Below are positions 9,866-16,978 of a stretch of DNA of 64,000 nucleotides, in pieces. Every line of letters starts with the position of its first letter. Position 1 is the stretch's first letter. The notes under the pieces are model-generated. The model did not search any database. It worked only from the letters and a program-made list of their open reading frames with translations, and was not told where the DNA came from. The position numbers and the translations under genes are program-made. The stretch comes from a virus (Duplodnaviria > Caudoviricetes), in IMG/VR virus record IMGVR_UViG_2758568729_000001, positions 1-64,000 of that record; one strand, given 5' to 3'.

Positions 9866-9918
9866 CATCTATCAAATTAAGTGATGCGTACGTCAAACAC
9901 AAGGACATCTATCAAGTT
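9866..9918 (-). promoter_or_regulatory. Double-box promoter
   Basis: Boxes 40 bp apart; TTGTGT-N17-TAATTT. Confidence 0.75.
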
Positions 9919-9938
9919 TTGTCTGTCCTGGACACGAC

Positions 9939-9970
9939 AAAACCCCGGACCCACATGGGGACCGGGGTTC
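9939..9970 (-). terminator. Intrinsic terminator closing the tRNA array
   Basis: AACCCCGG stem pairing with CCGGGGTT followed by T-tract on the minus strand, just after tRNA-Cys. Confidence 0.7.
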
Positions 9971-9993
9971 AGCCACACCACAGCGGACAGCAT

Positions 9994-10067
9994 TGGAGAC
10001 CGAGCAGGGATTCGAACCCTGGTGTGCGGTGTTGCAGACCGCTCCCTAGCCGCTCGGGCACTCGATC
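9994..10067 (-). tRNA. tRNA-Cys(GCA)
   Basis: Cloverleaf; GCGGT-CTGCAAC-ACCGC; GTTCGAATC; encoded CCA. Confidence 0.92.
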
Positions 10068-10079
10068 AAGATGGTGAAG

Positions 10080-10152
10080 TGCCCCCGAGAGGATTCGAAC
10101 CTCCGACCCCCGGCTCCGGAAGCCGGTGCTCTATCCACTGAGCTACGAGGGC
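10080..10152 (-). tRNA. tRNA-Arg(CCG)
   Basis: CCGGC-TTCCGGA-GCCGG; canonical D/T arms. Confidence 0.93.
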
Positions 10153-10273
10153 AGGACCGGCGTCAACGGCGAAGGGCCCACCCGAGGCAAGCGGGCGAGC
10201 CCTTCCGTGTCCGCATGACCAGACAACCCATGGAGGTGGGCAACTACGTCGGATCGTAGCGGTACCGGTGTGC

Positions 10274-10358
10274 TGGTGCGCGTCCCTGGTGCCGACCCAG
10301 GTATGCCCGAAGGCGACGGAGTTACAGTCCGCTGGGCGTGCCGCCGCCCACGACGCGC
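10274..10358 (-). tRNA. tRNA-Tyr(GTA), non-canonical
   Basis: 7-bp acceptor, GCGGA-CTGTAAC-TCCGT, long variable arm, CCA; T-loop GTCGGCA and G8 deviate. Confidence 0.75.
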
Positions 10359-10362
10359 AGAG

Positions 10363-10437
10363 GGTGACTGACGGGGTTTGAACCCGCGAACCTCCCGGAC
10401 CACAACCGGGCGCTCTACCAACTGAGCTACAGCCACC
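10363..10437 (-). tRNA. tRNA-His(GTG)
   Basis: G-1, C73, CCCGG-TTGTGGT-CCGGG. Confidence 0.93.
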
Positions 10438-10450
10438 ATGATCACTTGCG

Positions 10451-10524
10451 TACCCGCGCCTGGGATCGAACCAGGGGCCTCCGCCGTGTGAAAGCGGCGC
10501 TCATCCCAACTGAGCTACACGGGC
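10451..10524 (-). tRNA. tRNA-Val(CAC)
   Basis: CCGCT-TTCACAC-GGCGG. Confidence 0.9.
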
Positions 10525-11054
10525 ATCTCCGTCCGCCCCCGCCGCCAGTACGTCAGCGAGTTCGGGCACAACTGACAACCGCTCACCGGCGGCTCACCAG
10601 GCTTCGGGGCCCACGGCTTCCCCTCGCCGCAGCACATGCCGTCCTCGCGCGGCGCCGGGATGACCGGGGGAGCGGGCACCGCGGCCGGCGGGTCGACGGG
10701 CTGCGGGTTCCGGCCCCGTCGCCCCCACCAGTCACCGGTGTTCAGCTTGTGAGCGGGCGCCGGGTCGTAGTCGTCGGGCGACCAGCCGGGGCACATCGCG
10801 TCCAGGGCGGCGCGCAGCTCCCCTGCCGGTTCCACCCGCACGTCGAGCCGGTTGCCCTCGGTCCCGCTGTCCACGTACTCGCCGAGCTGCCACGTCGCGG
10901 CGGTTTGGGCGGCGGTCAGCGGGCCGGTGACCGCGAACTCCCGGCGCTCCCCGGTTCCCTGAGCGCCGGCCAGGTACAACAGGTGGACCACGGTTGACAG
11001 GCTCTCGACGCCGGGGACGGTGACGTACACGCGGGGCAGGGTCGGATCGGTCAT
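10515..11054 (-). CDS. Hypothetical protein with C-terminal Cys cluster
   Basis: MTDPTLPRVYV...CQLCPNSLTYWR; stop is the T8-A9-G10 of tRNA-Val. Confidence 0.6.
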   Translation of the reverse strand: MTDPTLPRVYVTVPGVESLSTVVHLLYLAGAQGTGERREFAVTGPLTAAQTAATWQLGEYVDSGTEGNRLDVRVEPAGELRAALDAMCPGWSPDDYDPAPAHKLNTGDWWGRRGRNPQPVDPPAAVPAPPVIPAPREDGMCCGEGKPWAPKPGEPPVSGCQLCPNSLTYWRRGRTEMPV

Positions 11055-11079
11055 CCCAGCAGTCTGCACCAGCACGCGG

Positions 11080-11496
11080 CTACAGCTCGTTGCGGCGCTC
11101 CAACTCGCGTATCGCGTGACGGTCACCACGGCTCGCCGCAGTTCGGTACCAGTTCAGCGCCGCAACGCTGTCGCCCAGTTCCTCGCACAGCACGGCGGCG
11201 TTCCACGCAGCTTCAGCGTCCCCAGCTTCGGCGGCTTGCGCGAACCACGGCAGCGCCTCCGGCTTGCGGTTCGCGTCGCCGTCGAGCAGCAGACCGAGGT
11301 TGTTCGCGGCGTCGGAGTCCCCAGCCTCAGCCGCCGCCCGGTACCACCGCTCAGCACCCTCACGGTCGCCTGCCCGGTCCAGAGAGAGCCCCAGGTTGAA
11401 CTGTTCGACGGTGTCCCCGGCGACCGCACCGGCCTGGTGCCGCCGCCCGAGCAGGCGATGCACGGGGGATAACACGCGGGTCAGCAGGTCCGTCAT
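11080..11496 (-). CDS. Sel1-like/TPR repeat protein
   Basis: Repeated A..WY..AAEAGD..AA.NLG. Confidence 0.85.
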   Translation of the reverse strand: MTDLLTRVLSPVHRLLGRRHQAGAVAGDTVEQFNLGLSLDRAGDREGAERWYRAAAEAGDSDAANNLGLLLDGDANRKPEALPWFAQAAEAGDAEAAWNAAVLCEELGDSVAALNWYRTAASRGDRHAIRELERRNEL

Positions 11497-11613
11497 GCCT
11501 ACCACTGTCGCATACTGCCTGGCGGCAGGGCTTGAACAAGTGCGGGGACGCCACGGGGGCGCCGGCAGTTCGGCGCCGGCCCGGCGAGGGCTACTGCACG
11601 TCGGTATGGGAGC

Positions 11614-12363
11614 GTGCATGATGGGCCGGTGGTAGAGAACCCAACTCCCCGCCGCCGGGTGGCGACCGAGTTGAAACGGCTCCGGGAGACGATCGGCGTA
11701 CTCGGCGACGATGTTGCCGCCGCCCTCGGTTGGTCGCAGTCGAAGGTGTCGCGCGTCGAGACCGCCCGGATCGGGATCAACCTCCGGGACCTCGCCACGC
11801 TGCTGCACTACTACGGCGCCCCGTTGGAGGTTCACGCCGAACTGATGGCCGCGACCGCCGACGCCGAGGGCGTCCCCGGGGCGTGGATCGTGCAGGCCAG
11901 CGGGCCACGTCATCCCCGAGCCGGGACCCAACCGATCGGATCCCGCGCCACCTCTGTCCGCCAGTACAGCCCGCTCACCATCCCCGGCCAGTTGCAGCCC
12001 GCCGCTGACCCCAGCTCGCCGAGCTACACGCTCCTGCTGGACGCACGCGTGTTCCTCTCGTGGCCAGGTGACGTGAGCCGCCGGCAGGTCCACGCCCTCC
12101 GGGACCGCGCACAGAAGCCCGGGATCGTCGTCAAGGTGATTCCCCTCGGGGTCGAGCAGGCAGTTACCGCGGCAACGCCGTTCACGATCTACGAGTTCCC
12201 TGCCGCCCCGACCGTTGTCCACGTAGCGACTCAAACGGCGGACCTCTACCTGTCGGCGGCTACCGACGTCCGTACCTATGGGGATGTCTTCGATCGACTC
12301 GTGGCCGACGCGCTTGACATCTCGGCTCCGGTGCAGGGATTCGAACCCCGATTAGGCGGTTAA
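11614..12363 (+). CDS. XRE HTH / DUF5753 (Scr1-type) regulator
   Basis: RRRVATELKRLRE...WSQSKVSRVET; IPGQLQ; PFTIYEF. Confidence 0.8.
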   Translation: MHDGPVVENPTPRRRVATELKRLRETIGVLGDDVAAALGWSQSKVSRVETARIGINLRDLATLLHYYGAPLEVHAELMAATADAEGVPGAWIVQASGPRHPRAGTQPIGSRATSVRQYSPLTIPGQLQPAADPSSPSYTLLLDARVFLSWPGDVSRRQVHALRDRAQKPGIVVKVIPLGVEQAVTAATPFTIYEFPAAPTVVHVATQTADLYLSAATDVRTYGDVFDRLVADALDISAPVQGFEPRLGG

Positions 12364-12396
12364 CAGCCGCCCGTCCTGCCGTTGAACGACACCGGA
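12326..12396 (-). tRNA. tRNA-Asn(GTT)
   Basis: GGCGG-CTGTTAA-CCGCC. Confidence 0.92.
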
Positions 12397-12397
12397 A

Positions 12398-12474
12398 TGG
12401 TAGCGCCGACGGGATTCGAACCCGCGAACTCCGGGTTGAAAGCCCGGCGACTTTAGCCGCTTGTCTACGACGCC
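12398..12474 (-). tRNA. tRNA-Glu(TTC)
   Basis: CCGGG-CTTTCAA-CCCGG; CCA. Confidence 0.92.
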
Positions 12475-12479
12475 ATGCG

Positions 12480-12551
12480 TGCCCCGAGTTGGGTTCGAAC
12501 CAACGGCCTCCGTCGCGTCAGGACGGCGCTCTCCCGCTGAGCTACCGGGAC
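12480..12551 (-). tRNA. tRNA-Val(GAC)
   Basis: CCGTC-CTGACGC-GACGG. Confidence 0.9.
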
Positions 12552-12582
12552 ATGACCTTGCGTTACTGCTACCGTCCCCATC

Positions 12583-12906
12583 GTGACCGACAGCGTGTCG
12601 ACCAGCCGGGCCACCCTTGGAGACTTCCTGACCCGTGCCCGCGAGGCACGCGGCTTCACCCGGACGGACGTCGCCAGGCATATCGGCTGCACCCTGGGAA
12701 AGATCACGGGGATCGAACGGGGCGAGGTACGCACCTCAATCCCCGACCTGCGCGCCCTGCTGGAGATCTACCAGGTCACCGATCCGCAAACCGTGGCTGA
12801 CCTGACGGAACTGGCTCGTGCTACCCGGCGACCGTCACCGCAGTTGGGGGTGCCGGTGCCGCCGAAACGTGGCACGAGCGAAGTTGGGGGCGGGACCCGG
12901 AGTTGA
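12583..12906 (+). CDS. XRE-family HTH protein (HTH only)
   Basis: LGDFLTRAREARG...KITGIERGE...DLRALLEIY. Confidence 0.75.
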   Translation: MTDSVSTSRATLGDFLTRAREARGFTRTDVARHIGCTLGKITGIERGEVRTSIPDLRALLEIYQVTDPQTVADLTELARATRRPSPQLGVPVPPKRGTSEVGGGTRS

Positions 12907-12959
12907 ACCGGGGGCCCGCGGCTTATGAGGCCGCCGCGCTACCACTGCGCCATCCCGCA
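12885..12959 (-). tRNA. tRNA-Met(CAT), atypical 1:72 mismatch
   Basis: GCGGC-CTCATAA-GCCGC; T1:C72; CCA. Confidence 0.85.
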
Positions 12960-12961
12960 AG

Positions 12962-13034
12962 TGCCCCTGTCCGGATTCGAACCGGAAACCCGCCGATTAA
13001 AAGTCGGCTGCTCTGGCCGTTGAGCTACAAGGGC
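12962..13034 (-). tRNA. tRNA-Lys(TTT)
   Basis: GCCGA-CTTTTAA-TCGGC. Confidence 0.93.
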
Positions 13035-13573
13035 TTAGTGCGATCACGTTCTACCGATACCCGCGCCGGGCGGGCGTTGCCATGCCGTGCCAGTTCGGCG
13101 TCTAGATCCGTAACTCGGAGCGCCCGGCGATCGACGTAATCATGGAGTAGTTCAAGGAACGACTTGAAGTCGTGGTTCGGCTGGGCCTCCAACCACCCCA
13201 CGTTCGTGTTGCACTTCCGACAAAGAAGTGCTCGGACGCACCGGCCGCACGATCGCTCGCCGGGGCAGCACCGATGATCGTGGTCGACTGCCATGCGAGT
13301 CTCGTCAAGACCCGTGAAGCACAGGGCACAGAGACCATCCTGGCTGTCCCAGAGTGCTTGCCAGTCTGCGGGCCGGAGTCGGTATAGGGTCCACATCCGG
13401 TTGACTACTCGCCGGTTCGCGTGCTTCTTCAGCCACTCGCTGACGTACGCGCTGTTGCACTTTCGGCAGTAGGTCTGCCGCTTATTCTTTGTGCTGATCG
13501 AGAAGTCGACTATAGGCAACGTCTGCTCGCAACGCGGGCAACGTTTCGGTGTGTCTACTATGGCTGCCGTCAC
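13025..13573 (-). CDS. Endonuclease VII-family nuclease (probable homing endonuclease)
   Basis: CPRC..CRKC; Q.GLCALC...VDHDH...VRALLC..CN. Confidence 0.88.
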   Translation of the reverse strand: MTAAIVDTPKRCPRCEQTLPIVDFSISTKNKRQTYCRKCNSAYVSEWLKKHANRRVVNRMWTLYRLRPADWQALWDSQDGLCALCFTGLDETRMAVDHDHRCCPGERSCGRCVRALLCRKCNTNVGWLEAQPNHDFKSFLELLHDYVDRRALRVTDLDAELARHGNARPARVSVERDRTKPL

Positions 13574-13631
13574 CTTTTAATCATAGACCATTGGCTAAAG
13601 TCCGGAGCCCGGCCATCAGGCGCCGGCGGCA

Positions 13632-13707
13632 TGGTCCCCCGGGCAGGACTCGAACCTGCCACGCCCGCCTTAGGAGTGCGGCGCTCTGTCCTCTGAGCTA
13701 CCGGGGG
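13632..13707 (-). tRNA. tRNA-Arg(CCT)
   Basis: Loop CTCCTAA; CCA. Confidence 0.9.
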
Positions 13708-13710
13708 GAG

Positions 13711-13786
13711 TGGTACGCCGGGTGGGAGTCGAACCCACGGCCTACGGATTAAGAGTCCGCAGCTCTGGCCTCTGAGCTACCGGCGC
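13711..13786 (-). tRNA. tRNA-Lys(CTT)
   Basis: GCGGA-CTCTTAA-TCCGT; CCA. Confidence 0.93.
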
Positions 13787-13790
13787 ATAG

Positions 13791-13873
13791 AGGAAGGTGG
13801 AGGAGTCGAACCCCTGCCGTTGCCGACACCCCGGTTTTCAAGACCGGTCGCCCACCGCTGAGCGGCACCTTCC
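13791..13873 (-). tRNA. tRNA-Ser(TGA) with 8/4 cloverleaf
   Basis: 8-bp acceptor GGAAGGTG/CACCTTCC, 4-bp T stem, 6-bp D stem, long variable arm. Confidence 0.85.
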
Positions 13874-13877
13874 GAAG

Positions 13878-13951
13878 TCGGGTACGAGGGACTTGAACCC
13901 CCGGCCTCGCGGTCCCAAACCGCGCGCTCTTCCAAGCTGAGCTAGTACCCG
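13878..13951 (-). tRNA. tRNA-Pro(TGG)
   Basis: CGCGG-TTTGGGA-CCGCG. Confidence 0.93.
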
Positions 13952-13952
13952 G

Positions 13953-14026
13953 TCGGGTTGACAGGATTTGAACCTGCGCCCTCGTCGTCCCGAACGACGC
14001 GCGCTACCAAACTGCGCTACAACCCG
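13953..14026 (-). tRNA. tRNA-Pro(CGG)
   Basis: CGTCG-TTCGGGA-CGACG. Confidence 0.93.
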
Positions 14027-14030
14027 TAAG

Positions 14031-14104
14031 TCGGGATAGCCGGATTTGAACCGACGACCTCTGCACCCCCAGTGCAGCGCCCTACCAAGCTGGGCCATAT
14101 CCCG
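14031..14104 (-). tRNA. tRNA-Pro(GGG)
   Basis: CTGCA-CTGGGGG-TGCAG. Confidence 0.93.
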
Positions 14105-14109
14105 TTGCG

Positions 14110-14182
14110 TGCCCCTGAGACGAGTCGAACGTCCGACCTCCCGGTTCGTAGCCGGGCGCTCTATCCACTGAGCTACAGGGGC
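14110..14182 (-). tRNA. tRNA-Arg(ACG)
   Basis: CCCGG-CTACGAA-CCGGG. Confidence 0.93.
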
Positions 14183-14318
14183 ATGAGGTGGAATGCCAGC
14201 AGCGTCGTGTGCCATAATGCTGGCTCCCGGAGCCCTTGGGCTCCGGTCACGTGGGAACAGGGATCGCCCCTCCGCTTGTCATGTGCCCCGGAGGGGCTTT
14301 TCTGTGCCCCAAGCCGCG

Positions 14319-14392
14319 TACCGTCGGCGAGAGTCGAACTCGCTGCCTCCGCTGTATCAGAGCGGCGCCCTTACCACCTGGGCCACGACGGC
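14319..14392 (-). tRNA. tRNA-Ile(GAT)
   Basis: CCGCT-CTGATAC-AGCGG. Confidence 0.9.
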
Positions 14393-14396
14393 AAAG

Positions 14397-14481
14397 CGGA
14401 AGCGGAGGGATTTGAACCCCCGGTGGTTTCCCACTCCGCGCTAGCAACGCGGTGCAATAGGCCGGACTCTGCCACGCTTCC
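14397..14481 (-). tRNA. tRNA-Ser(GCT)
   Basis: CCGCG-TTGCTAG-CGCGG; long variable arm; G73. Confidence 0.9.
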
Positions 14482-14486
14482 ATGCG

Positions 14487-14561
14487 CGCCTCGTACGGGA
14501 TTTGAACCCGTGACCTCCGCCGTGACAGGGCGGCGTCCACTCCTGACTGGACCAACGAGAC
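14487..14561 (-). tRNA. tRNA-Asp(GTC)
   Basis: CCGCC-CTGTCAC-GGCGG. Confidence 0.93.
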
Positions 14562-14686
14562 TTGACACCAGGGCGAGAGGCGCTGTCCTGCGCCGCCCGT
14601 ACGGTGGGCCATGACCCCACGCGGCGACGTGTCGTGCGTGACCCTGGTGGACTGTACCGACGTTGCCATGGCGTCGGCCTTGGTCG

Positions 14687-14759
14687 TGGACCCGATCGGT
14701 TTCGAACCGACTGCCTCCGATTTGCAAGAGCGGCGCTCTACCAAATGAGCTACGAGCCC
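14687..14759 (-). tRNA. tRNA-Ala(TGC)
   Basis: G3:U70; loop CTTGCAA. Confidence 0.9.
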
Positions 14760-14773
14760 AAACTGTTGCTGCG

Positions 14774-14848
14774 TACCCGGGGCGGGACTCGAACCCGCAC
14801 AACTCCGCAGTCTGAGTGCGGCGACTTTGCCAATTTGCCCACCCGGGC
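14774..14848 (-). tRNA. tRNA-Leu(CAG), short variable arm
   Basis: CCGCA-CTCAGAC-TGCGG. Confidence 0.88.
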
Positions 14849-14861
14849 AGGTGGTGCTGCG

Positions 14862-14934
14862 TACCGACGCCCGGTCTCGAACCGGGTACCTCCTGGTTAT
14901 GGACCAGGCGCTCTACCTGCTGAGCTACGTCGGC
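14862..14934 (-). tRNA. tRNA-Met/Ile2(CAT), C33
   Basis: CCTGG-TCCATAA-CCAGG. Confidence 0.85.
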
Positions 14935-14935
14935 A

Positions 14936-15012
14936 TGGAGCCGGTGACAGGAATCGAACCCGCGTCCTGCCGCTTACAAGGCGGCTGCTCGACCAACGTG
15001 AGCTACACCGAC
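14936..15012 (-). tRNA. tRNA-Thr(TGT)
   Basis: GCCGC-CTTGTAA-GCGGC; CCA. Confidence 0.92.
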
Positions 15013-15017
15013 GTGCG

Positions 15018-15090
15018 TGCCCTCGGTGCGATTCGAACGCACCCTGGACGGCCCCTCAGACCGCTGCCTCTACCGCTGGGCTACGAGGGC
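15018..15090 (-). tRNA. tRNA-Leu(GAG), short variable arm
   Basis: GCGGT-CTGAGGG-GCCGT. Confidence 0.88.
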
Positions 15091-15096
15091 ATTGCG

Positions 15097-15167
15097 CTCC
15101 CGGACAAGGATTCGAACCTCAGTTCCCTGATCCAGAATCAGGTGTCCTGCCGCTAGACGATCCGGGA
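15097..15167 (-). tRNA. tRNA-Gln(CTG)
   Basis: CCTGA-TTCTGGA-TCAGG. Confidence 0.9.
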
Positions 15168-15204
15168 AGGGGCCGGCGGGGCTGCGGGATCCCGCCGGCC
15201 GGTA

Positions 15205-15648
15205 TCAGCGCTGAGCGAGCGTCGCCCAGGTCGGGGACGCAGGCTGGACCCGCAGCATCATCCCCGCCTCGGCGGGGGTCCGGTCGCCCTTGCGCTGGTT
15301 GCAGTCGTAGCAGCTCGCCACGGTGTTCTTCCACGTGTTCCGGCCGCCCCGGGAGCGGGGGAGGATGTGGTCGACGGTGGTGGCCGCGGCCGGGCAGTAC
15401 CCGCACCGGTGGCCGTCGCGGTTGAGGACACCGCGTTTCGACCAGGCGGGGCCGGCGGTGTACCGCCACTTGGTGACCACGTACCGGACCAGGCGGAGCA
15501 CCTTCGGCATCGGGAAGACACCGATCAGCCGGTCCGGCTCGGCTTCGTGGATCTCGGCGACCTGGCGCAGCAGCATCCGGATCGCGTGTTTGACCGGGAC
15601 CCGGTGTAGCGGGCCGAGGTCGGCGTTGAGGATCAGTACGGCGTCCAC
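15205..15648 (-). CDS. HNH endonuclease
   Basis: RDGHRCGYC...TVDHILPRSRGG.NTW.N.V.SC..CN..KG. Confidence 0.92.
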   Translation of the reverse strand: MDAVLILNADLGPLHRVPVKHAIRMLLRQVAEIHEAEPDRLIGVFPMPKVLRLVRYVVTKWRYTAGPAWSKRGVLNRDGHRCGYCPAAATTVDHILPRSRGGRNTWKNTVASCYDCNQRKGDRTPAEAGMMLRVQPASPTWATLAQR

Positions 15649-15708
15649 CAGGTCCCTCCTTTCGGTTCTGGTTGGTTGGACAGATTGACAGATGATCCGT
15701 CAATCAAG

Positions 15709-15779
15709 AGCGGCTGCGGGGAATCGAACCCCGGTATCCACCATGGCAAGGTGGCGCTCTGCCGTTGAGCTACAGCCGC
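15709..15779 (-). tRNA. tRNA-Gly(GCC)
   Basis: CCACC-TTGCCAT-GGTGG; U73. Confidence 0.92.
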
Positions 15780-15781
15780 AG

Positions 15782-15851
15782 AGCCTTCGACGGGCCTCGA
15801 ACCCGTAACTCCCGTCGTACCAGGACGGGGCCCGACCGGTCGGGCGAAGGC
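15782..15851 (-). tRNA. tRNA-Thr(GGT), aberrant D-arm
   Basis: Acceptor GCCTTCG/CGAAGGC; CCGTC-CTGGTAC-GACGG; D-arm is the hairpin CCCGACCGGTCGGG with no U8-A9. Confidence 0.7.
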
Positions 15852-15852
15852 G

Positions 15853-15929
15853 TGGTGTCCTGGGCGAGAGTCGAACTCGCACTGTGCGCGTTTTGAAGGC
15901 GCTGCCTCCTGCCGTTGGGCTACCAGGAC
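15853..15929 (-). tRNA. tRNA-Leu(CAA), short variable arm
   Basis: Loop TTCAAAA, C31:C39 mismatch; CCA. Confidence 0.85.
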
Positions 15930-16160
15930 CCAACTCGGGGAGTTAAGTAGAAGTTCCATGCTTTCGGTTGACCTTGGGGGGTCCGCCTAGCGTGCTTGGA
16001 TCACGAAATCGGTTCATGATCCGGAAACATGAGGTCAACCTGAACGGCCACTCGGGTCAGGATCAGTAAGGACCATTGATCCACCCCACACGAGGCGCCT
16101 ATGTTGGGCCACCTCAGCGGTTTGACCAGCTCAACCCGCCCGACCTGGGGGAAGGTCACC

Positions 16161-16598
16161 ATGTCACGACAGATCATCACCGTCATCACCGACGACCTCG
16201 ACGGCACCGAAGGCGCTGAGACCGTCCATTTCGCCTTCGAGGGCCGCGAGTACCGAATCGACCTCAGCGACCACAACCGCCGCCGACTGCTGGCCCGCCT
16301 GGAGCCGTACATCAACGCCGGGTTGCCCGTCCGCGGTGACCGCACCGCGCAGGCACCGGCGCAAGACCGGGCCAGGCGTGCACAGCTCCGAAAGATGCGG
16401 GACTGGTGGAACACCAACCACACCGCGTTGGGGCTGCCCGAGCCGAAGGGCTACGGGCGGATCCCGGCCAAGGTAGAGGAGGCGTACCGGGTGCACGGCA
16501 ACCGGCAGGTGCCGGTGGTTGCTCGCCCGGTGGAACCGGTCGTGCCGCGGTTGCGTGTGGTGCCGCCGATCCCCGAGGCTACGTTCGCCGCCGGGTGA
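16161..16598 (+). CDS. lsr2: Lsr2-family nucleoid protein
   Basis: DDLDG...ETVHFAFEGREYRIDLS..N; C-terminal MRDW...GRIP.KV.EAY. Confidence 0.9.
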   Translation: MSRQIITVITDDLDGTEGAETVHFAFEGREYRIDLSDHNRRRLLARLEPYINAGLPVRGDRTAQAPAQDRARRAQLRKMRDWWNTNHTALGLPEPKGYGRIPAKVEEAYRVHGNRQVPVVARPVEPVVPRLRVVPPIPEATFAAG

Positions 16599-16600
16599 AG

Positions 16601-16674
16601 CTCCGGGTGCAGGAATCGAACCTGCGGGCCCCGCGTCCAAAGCGCGGTCACGGACGCCAACGCCGTACCCCGGA
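16601..16674 (-). tRNA. tRNA-Gln(TTG), atypical D-arm
   Basis: CCGCG-CTTTGGA-CGCGG; canonical T arm; G7:A66 mismatch. Confidence 0.8.
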
Positions 16675-16679
16675 AAGAG

Positions 16680-16750
16680 AGCGGCCACGGGGAATCGAAC
16701 CCCGGTTCGCTGGGTGGAAACCAGCAGCTCTACCACTGAGCTATGGCCGC
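16680..16750 (-). tRNA. tRNA-Gly(TCC)
   Basis: GCTGG-TTTCCAC-CCAGC. Confidence 0.92.
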
Positions 16751-16902
16751 GAACGGTGGCGCGGTTCCATCGTCGCTGAGGACTTGCCCCGCGCCACCGG
16801 TTGTCGGTCTACCCCTCGTCTCCGACTGCGCGGTCCATCTCGTCTCTCCGCGCTCCCGTCCCGCTGGCGGGATATCCACTTCTCGCAGGCCAGCGGGCTA
16901 TG

Positions 16903-16977
16903 TAGGCCAGGCCGGGCTTGAACCGGCGTTCTCCGCCTTGAGAGAGCGGTGAGCTTTGCCAACAGCTCCACTAGCCC
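16903..16977 (-). tRNA. tRNA-Glu(CTC)
   Basis: CCGCT-CTCTCAA-GGCGG. Confidence 0.9.
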
Positions 16978-16978
16978 A

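Noticed and set aside
13791-13873. tRNA-Sec (selC)
   Set aside because: Anticodon is TGA, not TCA; fold is 8/4, not 8/5; no selAB in the window.
13838-15425. ORFs spanning the tRNA array
   Set aside because: Translations of tRNA genes; no coding signature.
15853-15929. Opal suppressor or Sec reading (TCA) of the loop CTTCAAAAC
   Set aside because: Stem register GCGC/GCGC centres the loop on CAA; D-arm and A73 are Leu-like.
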